A DNA stretch of 64,000 nt from Chloroflexia bacterium. GTDB lineage: Bacteria; Chloroflexota; Chloroflexia; DTKN01. Position 1 is the stretch's first letter; each line of letters begins with the position of its first letter. Below the pieces are notes generated by a model. The model was not told the DNA's origin. It did not search any database and saw nothing but the letters and a program-made list of their open reading frames with translations. The translations under genes and the position numbers were made by a program. This document shows, piece after piece, positions 1 through 8,864 of the stretch. Location: NCBI GenBank assembly GCA_041082245.1, contig JBDOIE010000110.1, forward strand, positions 1,276-65,275, written 5' to 3'.

Positions 1-810
1 CGCGCTCACGCCGGTGCCGGTGGGACTGCGGTCCACTTCGCCCTCGGCAAAGACGCAGATGTGCCGGCTGTGCACGCCTTCGCTCTGGGCAGGCGCTACA
101 AAGATCGTCCCGTAGAGGAAGCCCAGGTCCGATTCGGAGGGATGGTCGATCGGGCGGGAAGCCGCGATTGCGCGTTTGATGGCCCGGCCGCAGGCGATCA
201 GGTCGTGCAGTTCCGTCGCTACCCCGCGAAGCCCGAGGGCCTCGACGCGCACAAAGGCGTAGAAGGCGCCCCCGAAGGCCAGGTCGTAGCGGATGTACCC
301 CAGGCCGGGCAACCGCACCCGCTCGTCCAGCGCCAGCACGAACGAAGGGACGTTCTCGAAGCGCACGCTCGCCACGTGGCCGTCGCGGATGCGCGCCCGT
401 GCGGTGACCAGGCCGGCCGGCGTGTCCAGCCGCACGGTGGTTTCCGGCGCTTGCACGGGCAATACGCCGGTCTCCAGCAGCGCCTTCACCACACCGATCA
501 CCCCGTGGCCGCACATCGTGCTGTAGCCTTCGTTGTGCAGGAACAGGATCCCGACGTCGGCTTCCGGGCTGACCGGCGGGGTCACGATGCATCCATACAT
601 GTCCGCGTGGCCGCGGGGCTCCCACATCAGCGCTGTACGCAGGTGATCCCAGCGTTCCCGCAGGTACCGCCGGCGATCCAGGATCGTCCGGCCCTCGGGC
701 ATCGGAAAGCCGCTCACGATCACCCGCAGCGGTTCGCCTTCCGTGTGCACGTCCACCGCGGTGATGCGCAACCAGTCAGCGGGCGGTTCCCACCGCTCCA
801 GCGCTTCCAT
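1..810 (-). CDS. proline racemase / 4-hydroxyproline epimerase family protein (partial, 3' end beyond window)
   Basis: Minus-strand ATG at about 808-810 preceded by GAGGAAAGCG. Product MEALERWEPPADWLRITAVDVHTEGEPLRVIVSGFPMPEGRTILDRRRYLRERWDHLRTALMWEPRGHADMYGCIV... matches the family N-terminus. The frame stays open to position 1 and is absent from the ORF track because no stop lies in the window. Confidence 0.7.
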   Translation of the reverse strand, partial: MEALERWEPPADWLRITAVDVHTEGEPLRVIVSGFPMPEGRTILDRRRYLRERWDHLRTALMWEPRGHADMYGCIVTPPVSPEADVGILFLHNEGYSTMCGHGVIGVVKALLETGVLPVQAPETTVRLDTPAGLVTARARIRDGHVASVRFENVPSFVLALDERVRLPGLGYIRYDLAFGGAFYAFVRVEALGLRGVATELHDLIACGRAIKRAIAASRPIDHPSESDLGFLYGTIFVAPAQSEGVHSRHICVFAEGEVDRSPTGTGVSA

Positions 811-1489
811 CGCTTTCCTCCCCGGTTTGAGCGACGCCGTAGGCGCATCGGTCCAAGAGCGGGCAAGAGGAGCAACGGGGCCCGCGCTTGCGGCAGCGTT
901 CCTTGCCGTGGCGCACGATCAGGGCGTGGTACTCGTTAAAAAGCTGCGGATCGGGAGGCAAGTGCGCCATAAAGAGCGTCCGACAGTCCGCGTAAGATGC
1001 CCCCGCCGGGAGCAGCCCCAGCCGCTCTAGGAGGCGCATCGTATAGGCATCGACCACGAAAGTCGGATGGCCGGCCCCGTAGAGGAGGATGCTATCGGCC
1101 GTCTCCGGCCCGATACCCGGAACAGCAAGCAGCGCGCGGCGCACTGTTTCGAGCTCCCCTTGCGCCAGGCGCCCGGGGTCGCCCTCGTGCACGCGAAACA
1201 GGTACTCGAGAAAGGCGCGCAGGCGCGCCGCTTTCACCCGGTAGGTGCCGGCCGGCCGGAGTCGTTCCGAAAGTTCTTCCAGCGGGAGCGCGTACAGCCT
1301 CTCCGGCGAGAGCAGGCCCTCAGCCTTCAGTCGCGCAAGCGCGCGTTCTACGTTCCGCCAGGAAGTGTTCTGTGTCAGGATTGCGCCCACCATGATCTCG
1401 AAGGGGCTCTCTCCGGGCCACCAGCCCTGGGGCCCGTACGCCTGATACAGCCTGTGGTAGATTTCTATCAGGCGGGAACCCAGCTCCAC
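776..1489 (-). CDS. nth: endonuclease III (HhH-GPD DNA glycosylase with C-terminal 4Fe-4S Cys cluster)
   Basis: C-terminal 238 aa of ORF 776..2161: ...PFEIMVGAILTQNTSWRNVERA...VPGIGPETADSILLYGAGHPTFVVDAYTMRLLERLG...CRKRGPRCSSCPLLDRC. The upstream 220 aa are Arg/Pro-rich low-complexity, so I trimmed to the GTG at 1489, 3 nt after the stop of the upstream gene. Confidence 0.8.
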   Translation of the reverse strand: MELGSRLIEIYHRLYQAYGPQGWWPGESPFEIMVGAILTQNTSWRNVERALARLKAEGLLSPERLYALPLEELSERLRPAGTYRVKAARLRAFLEYLFRVHEGDPGRLAQGELETVRRALLAVPGIGPETADSILLYGAGHPTFVVDAYTMRLLERLGLLPAGASYADCRTLFMAHLPPDPQLFNEYHALIVRHGKERCRKRGPRCSSCPLLDRCAYGVAQTGEESDGSAGAVGTAR

Positions 1490-1493
1490 GATC

Positions 1494-2276
1494 CTATCTC
1501 CGACGCCGCACCCAGAGCCAGAGCGCCAGGAACACGAGCACTGTGCCCCCGAATGCCCAGGCCTCGAGGGACACCCGGAGCGGCCGGCGGCCTTTCTCCG
1601 GAGCAGCGGGCGACGGGACGGCCGTCGGCAGCGGCGTCGCGCTCGGGATGGGCGACGGCACCGCTTCCGTGGGGGAAAGCATCCGCAGCGCCGGAGTAGC
1701 ACTCGGGGAAACCGTCGGCGAAGGCGGGACGGTCGGGACGAGGGAAGGGGACGGGGTTGCCGGGGGCGCCGGAGATGTCGGGGTAGGGGTAGGCGCCGCT
1801 GCCTGCGCGAGCATCTCCTCCCAGGTTGCGAGCCCGGGAGGCGTCTTGCCGTCCCCCCAGACCCAGCCGTCCGCATCGCCGTCGCGCAGGTGGCGCTCCC
1901 CTGCGCCGACAGGCGAATAAATCCAGCCGGCATCGCTCCACTGAAAATAGCTCCAGTAGCGGCAGGGAGTTCCCCGACAGGCGCAGAAACATTCCTGCGG
2001 CATCGGGAGACATCCGACGCCTTCGATCGCACAGAGCGCTGTACCAATGCCAAAGCCGGGGAGCAGTGCGACGTCCAGCCCTGAGCGCTGCAGCAGCTCG
2101 ACGCCGGTGATCGATTCCTCCGCGAACTCGACCAGACGCACGACGATCCGCCCGTCCCCAAAGTCCACCACGAGCGCTGCGCGATGGGGCCCCTGTGCCT
2201 CCCCGGGCCCCGGTACGAGGGCTACCGCAAGGACCGATATCGCCGCAATCGCCCACCACAGTTGCCGTTTGCCCAC
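1494..2276 (-). CDS. secreted DUF4430-like (transcobalamin beta-domain-like) protein with Pro/Thr-rich linker and C-terminal TM anchor
   Basis: ORF 1494..2417 trimmed to GTG (V48) preceded by ACGGAG. Signal peptide KRQLWWAIAAISVLAVALVPGPGEAQG. Domain ...SITGVELLQRSGLDVAL...RYWSYFQWSDAGWIYSPVGAGERHLRDGDADGWVWGDG fits the W/G/DGD pattern of PF14478. It is followed by a PTPTPTSPAPP linker and the hydrophobic tail TVLVFLALWLWVRRRR. Confidence 0.6.
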   Translation of the reverse strand: MGKRQLWWAIAAISVLAVALVPGPGEAQGPHRAALVVDFGDGRIVVRLVEFAEESITGVELLQRSGLDVALLPGFGIGTALCAIEGVGCLPMPQECFCACRGTPCRYWSYFQWSDAGWIYSPVGAGERHLRDGDADGWVWGDGKTPPGLATWEEMLAQAAAPTPTPTSPAPPATPSPSLVPTVPPSPTVSPSATPALRMLSPTEAVPSPIPSATPLPTAVPSPAAPEKGRRPLRVSLEAWAFGGTVLVFLALWLWVRRRR

Positions 2277-2376
2277 GGGCTGCTCCGTATGCAAAACGTC
2301 GCCGTGAATCCCCGTAATCCTTCCCTTGGGGTAGACGAAGGCAATGCCTTCGTCCACCCCAAGGGAGGAACCATCG

Positions 2377-2916
2377 CTAATACTCGATCCCCGCACGCGC
2401 GGGCACCCCGGATGCATAGGGATGCTTGATCTCCCGCATCTCGGTCACGAGGTCCGCCCGCGCGAGCAGTTCTTGCGGCGCGCGCCGTCCGGTGAGGATC
2501 AGCTCGACCTGCTCGGGACGCTCGTCGAGCAGCCCCAGTACCTCGCGAAGCGAAAGGAGCCCGAAATGAAGGGCAACGCACACCTCATCCAGGACGACGA
2601 TGTCATAGCAGCCGCTGAGAAGGGCTTCCCGGGCCCGGGCGAGGCCGTCGCGGGCGCAGCGGATGTCCTCCGGGGTGGCCCGCTCGACGTGCACGAAGGA
2701 AGGCCGGCCGTACTGCTCGATCGTCAGATAGGGGGTAAGAAGGCGGGCGGCCTCGAGCTCCCCGTACGGCTGGCCCTTCATGAACTGGCCGATGTAGGTG
2801 CGCAGGCCGTGCCCTGCTGCGCGCAGCGCCAGCCCGAGCGCAGCCGTCGTCTTTCCCTTGCCGTCCCCGGTATACACCTGCACCAGTCCGCGACGTTGTT
2901 CCCTTGCCTGGGCCAT
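2377..2916 (-). CDS. cobO: cob(I)yrinic acid a,c-diamide / cob(I)alamin adenosyltransferase (CobA/CobO/BtuR family)
   Basis: MAQAREQRRGLVQVYTGDGKGKTTAALGLALRAAGHGLRTYIGQFMKG... P-loop GDGKGKTT typical of the family. Internal ATG (M28 of the ORF) has a GGAGG RBS. The first 27 aa of the ORF are treated as a spurious extension. Confidence 0.85.
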   Translation of the reverse strand: MAQAREQRRGLVQVYTGDGKGKTTAALGLALRAAGHGLRTYIGQFMKGQPYGELEAARLLTPYLTIEQYGRPSFVHVERATPEDIRCARDGLARAREALLSGCYDIVVLDEVCVALHFGLLSLREVLGLLDERPEQVELILTGRRAPQELLARADLVTEMREIKHPYASGVPARAGIEY

Positions 2917-2941
2917 AGGGACCTCCACTGTTAGCGCTTGA

Positions 2942-4021
2942 TCAGCGATGCGCGCAGGCGCGCCAACGCAGGGCGAGCCCCAGGAGCATTGCCACACCGC
3001 CGACGCCCGCCAGCACTGCTGGTCCCTGACCCGGCAGCCCGGTCTTGGGCAAGAGTACGGGCTCGGCGAGCGGTGTGTGCACGAGCGGGAACGGGCGCAG
3101 CATGAGCGCCACGATCGCCTGGTAGGTGGCGAGCGCGTTTTCCCCCGGGACTGCCGCCTGCCACAGGAACGCCCCGCTGGGAAGCTGAAGGTTCAGGAGC
3201 GCGTGCAAGGGGGTTTTCCCGTTCCGGGTCCAGGAGGGGCCTTCTGGGTCCTCCCCCGCAGCCACCAGCGCCTGGATGACGTACGCCGTGGAATTTGCAT
3301 CCGTGTCCGTGCCCCAGGGGCTGGGCTTCTGGTAGGGAAAGCCTCCGTCGTCGTTCTGCTGGGTGTGCAGGTAGGCGAGAGCATTCTGAATGGCTGCCTC
3401 TCCGGCCGGAACACCGGCCGCAATAAGCGCCTGGATGGCCAGCGCGGTGGAGTTCGTGTCGGCGCCGCCGGGCGCGGGGTCCCCGCTCCACGACCAGCCA
3501 CCTTCCGGGGTCTGTGCCTGCTTCAGCCAGCGTACGGCGGGATCCGGGATGGGCCGGCCGACCGAGGCGAGGGCGAGCATCGCGAAGGCGTGGCCGGCAA
3601 GGTCGGTCCCGTAATGTCCCGACGCGGGGTCATAGCTCTTGTCCAGGGCCGCCAGCAGATCCACCCCTCCGAAGGCCCGCGGATCCTTGCCCGCGCAAAC
3701 TGCGGCCAGGATCGTCTTGGCGGCGCTGCCTGCGCTCGCAGCGACTTCAGCGGCGTGTTGACCCAGGTAGGAAATCGGCGAATTGCCTTCCCGAAGGAAA
3801 CCGTTCGGGTCGCCATCCACAGCACAGATGGCAAAGACGGCATCCGCGGTAGACCCCGGGCCGAAACCAGGGAAGCTGCCGTCCGGTTGCTGTTGGGCGG
3901 CGACCCACGCCAGCGAGCCGAGCGCGGCACCGCGGTATGGCCCGGCGGCTTGTACGGTGGCTACAGGGACGATCGCGTACACGACCAGAGCCAGCGCCAT
4001 AAGGAAACGAGAGGTGCGCAT
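2942..4021 (-). CDS. prenyltransferase/terpene-cyclase (alpha6-alpha6 barrel) repeat protein, secreted, LPXTG cell-wall anchored
   Basis: ATG (M8 of the ORF) preceded by AGGAGGATACTGT. Signal peptide MRTSRFLMALALVVYAIVPVATVQA. Repeated Q-x-x-DGG-(F/W) motifs (QQQPDGSF, QTPEGGWSW, QQNDDGGFPY, QLPSGAFLW). C-terminal LPKTG + hydrophobic stretch + RWRACAHR sortase signal. Confidence 0.7.
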   Translation of the reverse strand: MRTSRFLMALALVVYAIVPVATVQAAGPYRGAALGSLAWVAAQQQPDGSFPGFGPGSTADAVFAICAVDGDPNGFLREGNSPISYLGQHAAEVAASAGSAAKTILAAVCAGKDPRAFGGVDLLAALDKSYDPASGHYGTDLAGHAFAMLALASVGRPIPDPAVRWLKQAQTPEGGWSWSGDPAPGGADTNSTALAIQALIAAGVPAGEAAIQNALAYLHTQQNDDGGFPYQKPSPWGTDTDANSTAYVIQALVAAGEDPEGPSWTRNGKTPLHALLNLQLPSGAFLWQAAVPGENALATYQAIVALMLRPFPLVHTPLAEPVLLPKTGLPGQGPAVLAGVGGVAMLLGLALRWRACAHR

Positions 4022-4040
4022 ACAGTATCCTCCTGTTGGC

Positions 4041-4070
4041 AAAACAAGAACCCCCTCCTTTCGGAGGGGG
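4041..4070 (-). terminator. riboswitch expression-platform intrinsic terminator (8-bp GC stem CCCCCTCC/GGAGGGGG, loop GAAA, then UUCUUGUUUU)
   Basis: On the minus strand the hairpin ccccctccgaaaggaggggg is followed by ttcttgtttt, directly upstream of the AGGAGG RBS of the 4021 gene and downstream of the cobalamin aptamer. Confidence 0.55.
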
Positions 4071-4134
4071 AAAGCAATCGGACAAATTCTTCTTGCTCTC
4101 TCACCCCCTTTCCGCGAAGGTGGTCAAGAGAACG

Positions 4135-4290
4135 GACGGAGGTGGGCGACCTGGCTTGGGTGGGATAGGGATCCCCACCCTCACAGTTGCGGGACAGCAC
4201 CGGACTTGCACCGGTTTCCCCCTGGTTAGCCCTAGCATCCGGGCATCGGGCGCCTCCGCCGGCCGGGTTGACAATGTACCGCATTACCAC
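4135..4290 (-). ncRNA. cobalamin (B12) riboswitch aptamer
   Basis: The minus strand reads ...AACCAGGGGGAAACCGGTGCAAGTCCGGTGCTGTCCCGCAACTGTGAGGGTGGGG... This is the conserved GGGAA-N-GGTGnAAnTCC ... CCCGC(C/A)ACTGTGA core and B12 box of the cobalamin riboswitch class. Confidence 0.8.
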
Positions 4291-4297
4291 TGTCGTC

Positions 4298-4326
4298 AAT
4301 TTAGCACAAGGCGGGCCTCCTGTCAA
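4298..4326 (-). promoter_or_regulatory. sigma70-type promoter (TTGACA - 17 nt - TAAATT) driving the riboswitch leader
   Basis: The minus strand reads TTGACAggaggcccgccttgtgcTAAATT immediately upstream of the aptamer 5' end. Confidence 0.55.
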
Positions 4327-4818
4327 ACAGAACGCCCCCAGTGGTAGCGTACGGTTTATTCAGGATGCGCTCATGCGCCCTTCAAGCTGGCTTTCAGTGG
4401 AAATGGCGGAGCTGGAAAGGAACCCGGCTGTAAAAGTCCGGCTTTTCTCAGGCCCTCGGCCCCGTCCCTGATCAGCAACCGCAACCCGGCTGCGGGGGTT
4501 AAACCCCGGGCATGAAGGGATAAGGCGAACTACCGTGTACGCGGGACGCGCGGGGGCAGCTGCACAGGGTGCAGCAATACACGGGCGCGTTGAACCTCGG
4601 TCCCGACCGGAGCAGCCCGCTCGAGGTATATGCCACGACGAACCACACGATGCCTGAACCGGCTCTTAAGCGCCGTGGTGAGGGACGGATGTGCCGGAAG
4701 TACAGCGAGTCCTACGCCTACGAACAACGGCAAGATCGGATGCAGCCCGGGCGCGCGCCATGCCTGTAAGGATCAGGCTGCTTTGGCACCGCGTTTCCTC
4801 GGCGTGAAAGCTCGCGAT

Positions 4819-4847
4819 TTGACAAAGCGCTTCTTCTCTGTTATCAT
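4819..4847 (+). promoter_or_regulatory. sigma70-type promoter (TTGACA - 17 nt - TATCAT) for rplU-rpmA
   Basis: tttgacaaagcgcttcttctctgttatcat lies about 45 nt upstream of the rplU GTG. Confidence 0.5.
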
Positions 4848-4889
4848 TTGGCGTTGCGAAACGAAACCGATCGCTGTGAGGAGCAAACC

Positions 4890-5201
4890 GTGTTCGCCAT
4901 TGTTCGAACGGGAGGAAAGCAATACCGGGTCGAACCGGGGCAGACGATCCTCGTGGAGCGCTTGCCCGTCGAGCCCGGTCACCAGGTTGAGCTGGATCAG
5001 GTACTCCTGGTTGCCGGCGCGGAAGGCGTCCGCGTGGGTTCCCCCGTGGTCCCGGAAGCCCGGGTGCGCGCGACCGTGCTCGCCCACGAGCGCGGGCCCA
5101 AGATCGTCGTCTTCAAGTACAAGCCGAAGAAGCGGTACCGGGTCCGCTCGGGGCACCGTCAGGAGTTGACCCGCCTGCTCATCGATGCCATCGAAGCCTA
5201 G
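4890..5201 (+). CDS. rplU: 50S ribosomal protein L21
   Basis: VFAIVRTGGKQYRVEPGQTILVERL...KPKKRYRVRSGHRQELTRLLIDAIEA. GTG start with a GAGGAG RBS. The ORF's upstream 14 aa are trimmed. Confidence 0.9.
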   Translation: MFAIVRTGGKQYRVEPGQTILVERLPVEPGHQVELDQVLLVAGAEGVRVGSPVVPEARVRATVLAHERGPKIVVFKYKPKKRYRVRSGHRQELTRLLIDAIEA

Positions 5202-5219
5202 CAGGCGAGGAGGAAAGCC

Positions 5220-5477
5220 ATGGCCCACAAGAAAGGCGTCGGTAGTACACGGAACGGTCGGGATAGCCATTCGAAGCGGCTGGGAGTCAAGCGGTACGCG
5301 GGGCAGTGGGTCCGCGCGGGGACGATCCTGGTCCGCCAGCGCGGGACCCGCATCAAGCCCGGCAACAACGTCGGGCTTGGGCGCGATTACACCATCTATG
5401 CCCTGATCGACGGTTATGTGCGCTTTGAGCCGTGCTCCCGCCAGCAGAAGCGCGTGAGCGTCTACCCGACCCTCTGA
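5220..5477 (+). CDS. rpmA: 50S ribosomal protein L27
   Basis: [43 protein letters not shown]... The canonical L27 N-terminus. GAGGAGG RBS. Confidence 0.95.
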   Translation: MAHKKGVGSTRNGRDSHSKRLGVKRYAGQWVRAGTILVRQRGTRIKPGNNVGLGRDYTIYALIDGYVRFEPCSRQQKRVSVYPTL

Positions 5478-5488
5478 GGAGGTTCCCT

Positions 5489-5803
5489 TTGAAGCCAGGG
5501 ATTCACCCGGAATATGTCGAAGCGACCGTCATCTGTGCTTGCGGCAACACCTGGAAGACGCGCTCCACGCGCCCGCTGTTAAAGACGGACATCTGCTCCA
5601 AGTGCCATCCCTTCTACACCGGCGAGCAGCGGATCGTGGACACGGCTGGCCAGGTGGAGCGCTTCATGCAGCGCGTCGAGACAAGCCAGCGCCTGCAGCA
5701 GGTCTCTGAGGAGCGCCGACGCGCGAAAGAGGAGCGGCGCCAGGCCCGGCTGATCATCGAACTGCCGGATGAACAGGGCTCGCCTGCGGAGGAGGCCGAC
5801 TAG
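5489..5803 (+). CDS. rpmE: 50S ribosomal protein L31
   Basis: (L)[28 protein letters not shown]...[24 protein letters not shown]. Zinc-ribbon L31 with the C16/C18/C37/C40 pattern. TTG start after GAGGAGG. Confidence 0.85.
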   Translation: MKPGIHPEYVEATVICACGNTWKTRSTRPLLKTDICSKCHPFYTGEQRIVDTAGQVERFMQRVETSQRLQQVSEERRRAKEERRQARLIIELPDEQGSPAEEAD

Positions 5804-5832
5804 TTGCCTCCTGCCGTTCGGTCACATCCTGA

Positions 5833-5871
5833 GGAGGAGGCAGCCGAAGCGTAGGCCTCCTCCTTTTCTTT
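5833..5871 (+). terminator. intrinsic terminator after rpmE (GGAGGAGGC/GCCTCCTCC stem then TTTTCTTT)
   Basis: ggaggaggcagccgaagcgtaggcctcctccttttcttt lies 30 nt after the rpmE stop. Confidence 0.55.
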
Positions 5872-5910
5872 AGGCGTCGACCGGAAACCGTGATGGAGAG
5901 GAGCCGGAGG

Positions 5911-6501
5911 ATGAGCGGCATACCCCAGCGCGGACAGATCGAAGTGATCTGCGGGAGCATGTTCAGCGGCAAGACGGAGGAACTGATCCGACGCGTGCGC
6001 CGCGCCCAGATCGCCCGCCAGAAGGTGCAGGTTTTCAAGCCCAGCCTGGACGCCCGCTACACCACGGAACAGATCGCTTCGCACAACGGCCTCCGGGCGG
6101 CCGCCGTGCCCGTGGACAACGCCGCCGAGATCGCTGCCCGCATCGATCCGGATACCGACGTGGTCGCGATCGACGAAGCCCAGTTCTTCGACGAGAGCAT
6201 CGTGGAGCTGTGCGAAAGCCTGGCCAACCGGGGCATCCGGGTGATCGTTGCTGGCCTGGATATGGACTTTCGCGGCGAACCGTTCGGGCCAATGCCGCTC
6301 CTGATGGCCCGGGCCGAAGAGGTGGATAAGCTGCGGGCCATCTGCGTGCGCTGCGGAGCTCCGGCCAGCCGCACCCAGCGGCTGATCGACGGCGAGCCGG
6401 CGTCCTACGACGACCCGGTCATCCTCGTGGGCGCAGCCGAACGGTACGAGGCACGCTGCCGCCATTGCCACGAGGTGCGGCGGCCCGCCCGGCCCGAGTA
6501 G
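5911..6501 (+). CDS. tdk: thymidine kinase
   Basis: [28 protein letters not shown]...AIDEAQFF...[14 protein letters not shown]...CRHC. P-loop and zinc-ribbon of Tdk. Start taken at the ATG after GGAGAGGAG; alternative GTG/ATG at 5890/5893. Confidence 0.85.
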   Translation: MSGIPQRGQIEVICGSMFSGKTEELIRRVRRAQIARQKVQVFKPSLDARYTTEQIASHNGLRAAAVPVDNAAEIAARIDPDTDVVAIDEAQFFDESIVELCESLANRGIRVIVAGLDMDFRGEPFGPMPLLMARAEEVDKLRAICVRCGAPASRTQRLIDGEPASYDDPVILVGAAERYEARCRHCHEVRRPARPE

Positions 6502-6528
6502 CACGAGACGACGAGGAGTACACGGCCG

Positions 6529-7038
6529 ATGCCGGACGCGCAGGTACACGATGCGGTTACCCTGGCAGGGGCAACCTTGCTGATCCCCGCAACTTGGGCC
6601 ATCCCGTCGGACAACCGATGGCTCTCCTGCGCGATGGTGAGTGGTGGACACCTCCTTTCGGGATGGATGTTCTCGTGCGATCTGGACGTATCGAGCGAAC
6701 AGGCACACCGCTGGGGACCACTGCGCTGGCTCTGGTGGCCGTACGAACGCCTGGTAGCACACCGCAGCTGGCTTTCGCACGGGTTGATCGTCGGGCCTCT
6801 CTTGCGCGTGCTCTATTTTGCGGTGATCTTGGAGGGTACGATCGCGGGGCTGTGCCTGGGGCTACAGGCGGTGGGCGGGCCAGGGCTCCTGTGGCTGGAC
6901 GGATGGCACCGGTTCTGGCAGGACATCGCTCTGCGGTACCCGCGGCGCGTTCTGGAGTTCGCAGTCGGATTCGTCCTCGCCGGCACTTCTCACTCCGTGT
7001 TGGACTGGATCCAGACCGGGATCCGGCGGGTCGCATAA
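6529..7038 (+). CDS. uncharacterized His-rich membrane protein (possibly DUF2227/COG2389-like metal-binding family)
   Basis: MPDAQVHDAVTLAGATLLIP...HRSWLSHGLIVGPLLRVLYFAVILEG... Hydrophobic segments with conserved-looking His residues. Function not recognised with confidence. Confidence 0.5.
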   Translation: MPDAQVHDAVTLAGATLLIPATWAIPSDNRWLSCAMVSGGHLLSGWMFSCDLDVSSEQAHRWGPLRWLWWPYERLVAHRSWLSHGLIVGPLLRVLYFAVILEGTIAGLCLGLQAVGGPGLLWLDGWHRFWQDIALRYPRRVLEFAVGFVLAGTSHSVLDWIQTGIRRVA

Positions 7039-8507
<1,469 letters not shown>

Positions 8508-8508
<1 letters not shown>

Positions 8509-8864
8509 TGCCACGGGAAAAGGTCCTGTGGGTGCGTGAACCCTACCTCGAACAGATCCTCGCGGGGCGCAAGACCGTCGAGGTGCGCGTGGCCTACACA
8601 AACATCGCACGGCTGGAGCCCGGGGACATCCTGCGCCTGAACGATCGCCACCCCGTGCGCATTCGCCGGATCGCCCGGTATCGCTCCTTCGAGGAGCTCC
8701 TGGCCCAGGAAGAGCCCAGGGCCATCGCCCCGGACCTGGATCGGGCGGCACTGCTGGCTGCCCTGCGGGAACTCTACCCTCCGGAGAAGGAAGCGCTCGG
8801 AGTCGTTGCCCTCGAGGTGGAACTCCTGGAAGGAGCGCCATGCCGGTCGAGCGGTTCGGCTTAG
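8508..8864 (+). CDS. ASCH-domain protein
   Basis: MPREKVLWVREPYLEQILAGRKTVEVRVAYTNIARLEPGDILRLNDRHPVRIRRIARYRSFEEL... The ATG overlaps the proS TGA (ATGA). It lies in the frame of spurious ORF 7215..8864. Confidence 0.6.

Noticed and set aside
61-939. 292-aa plus-strand ORF
   Set aside because: It is antisense to the proline-racemase-family gene (1-810, minus strand). The product is Arg/Gly/Pro/Ala-rich low complexity with no family signal, as expected from GC-rich antisense frames.
1490-2161. N-terminal 224 aa of ORF 776..2161
   Set aside because: Arg/Pro/Ser-rich low-complexity extension overlapping the upstream gene in another frame. The conserved Nth domain starts at the GTG at 1489.
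2948-4168. 406-aa plus-strand ORF
   Set aside because: Antisense to the LPXTG alpha-barrel gene. No motifs, no RBS.
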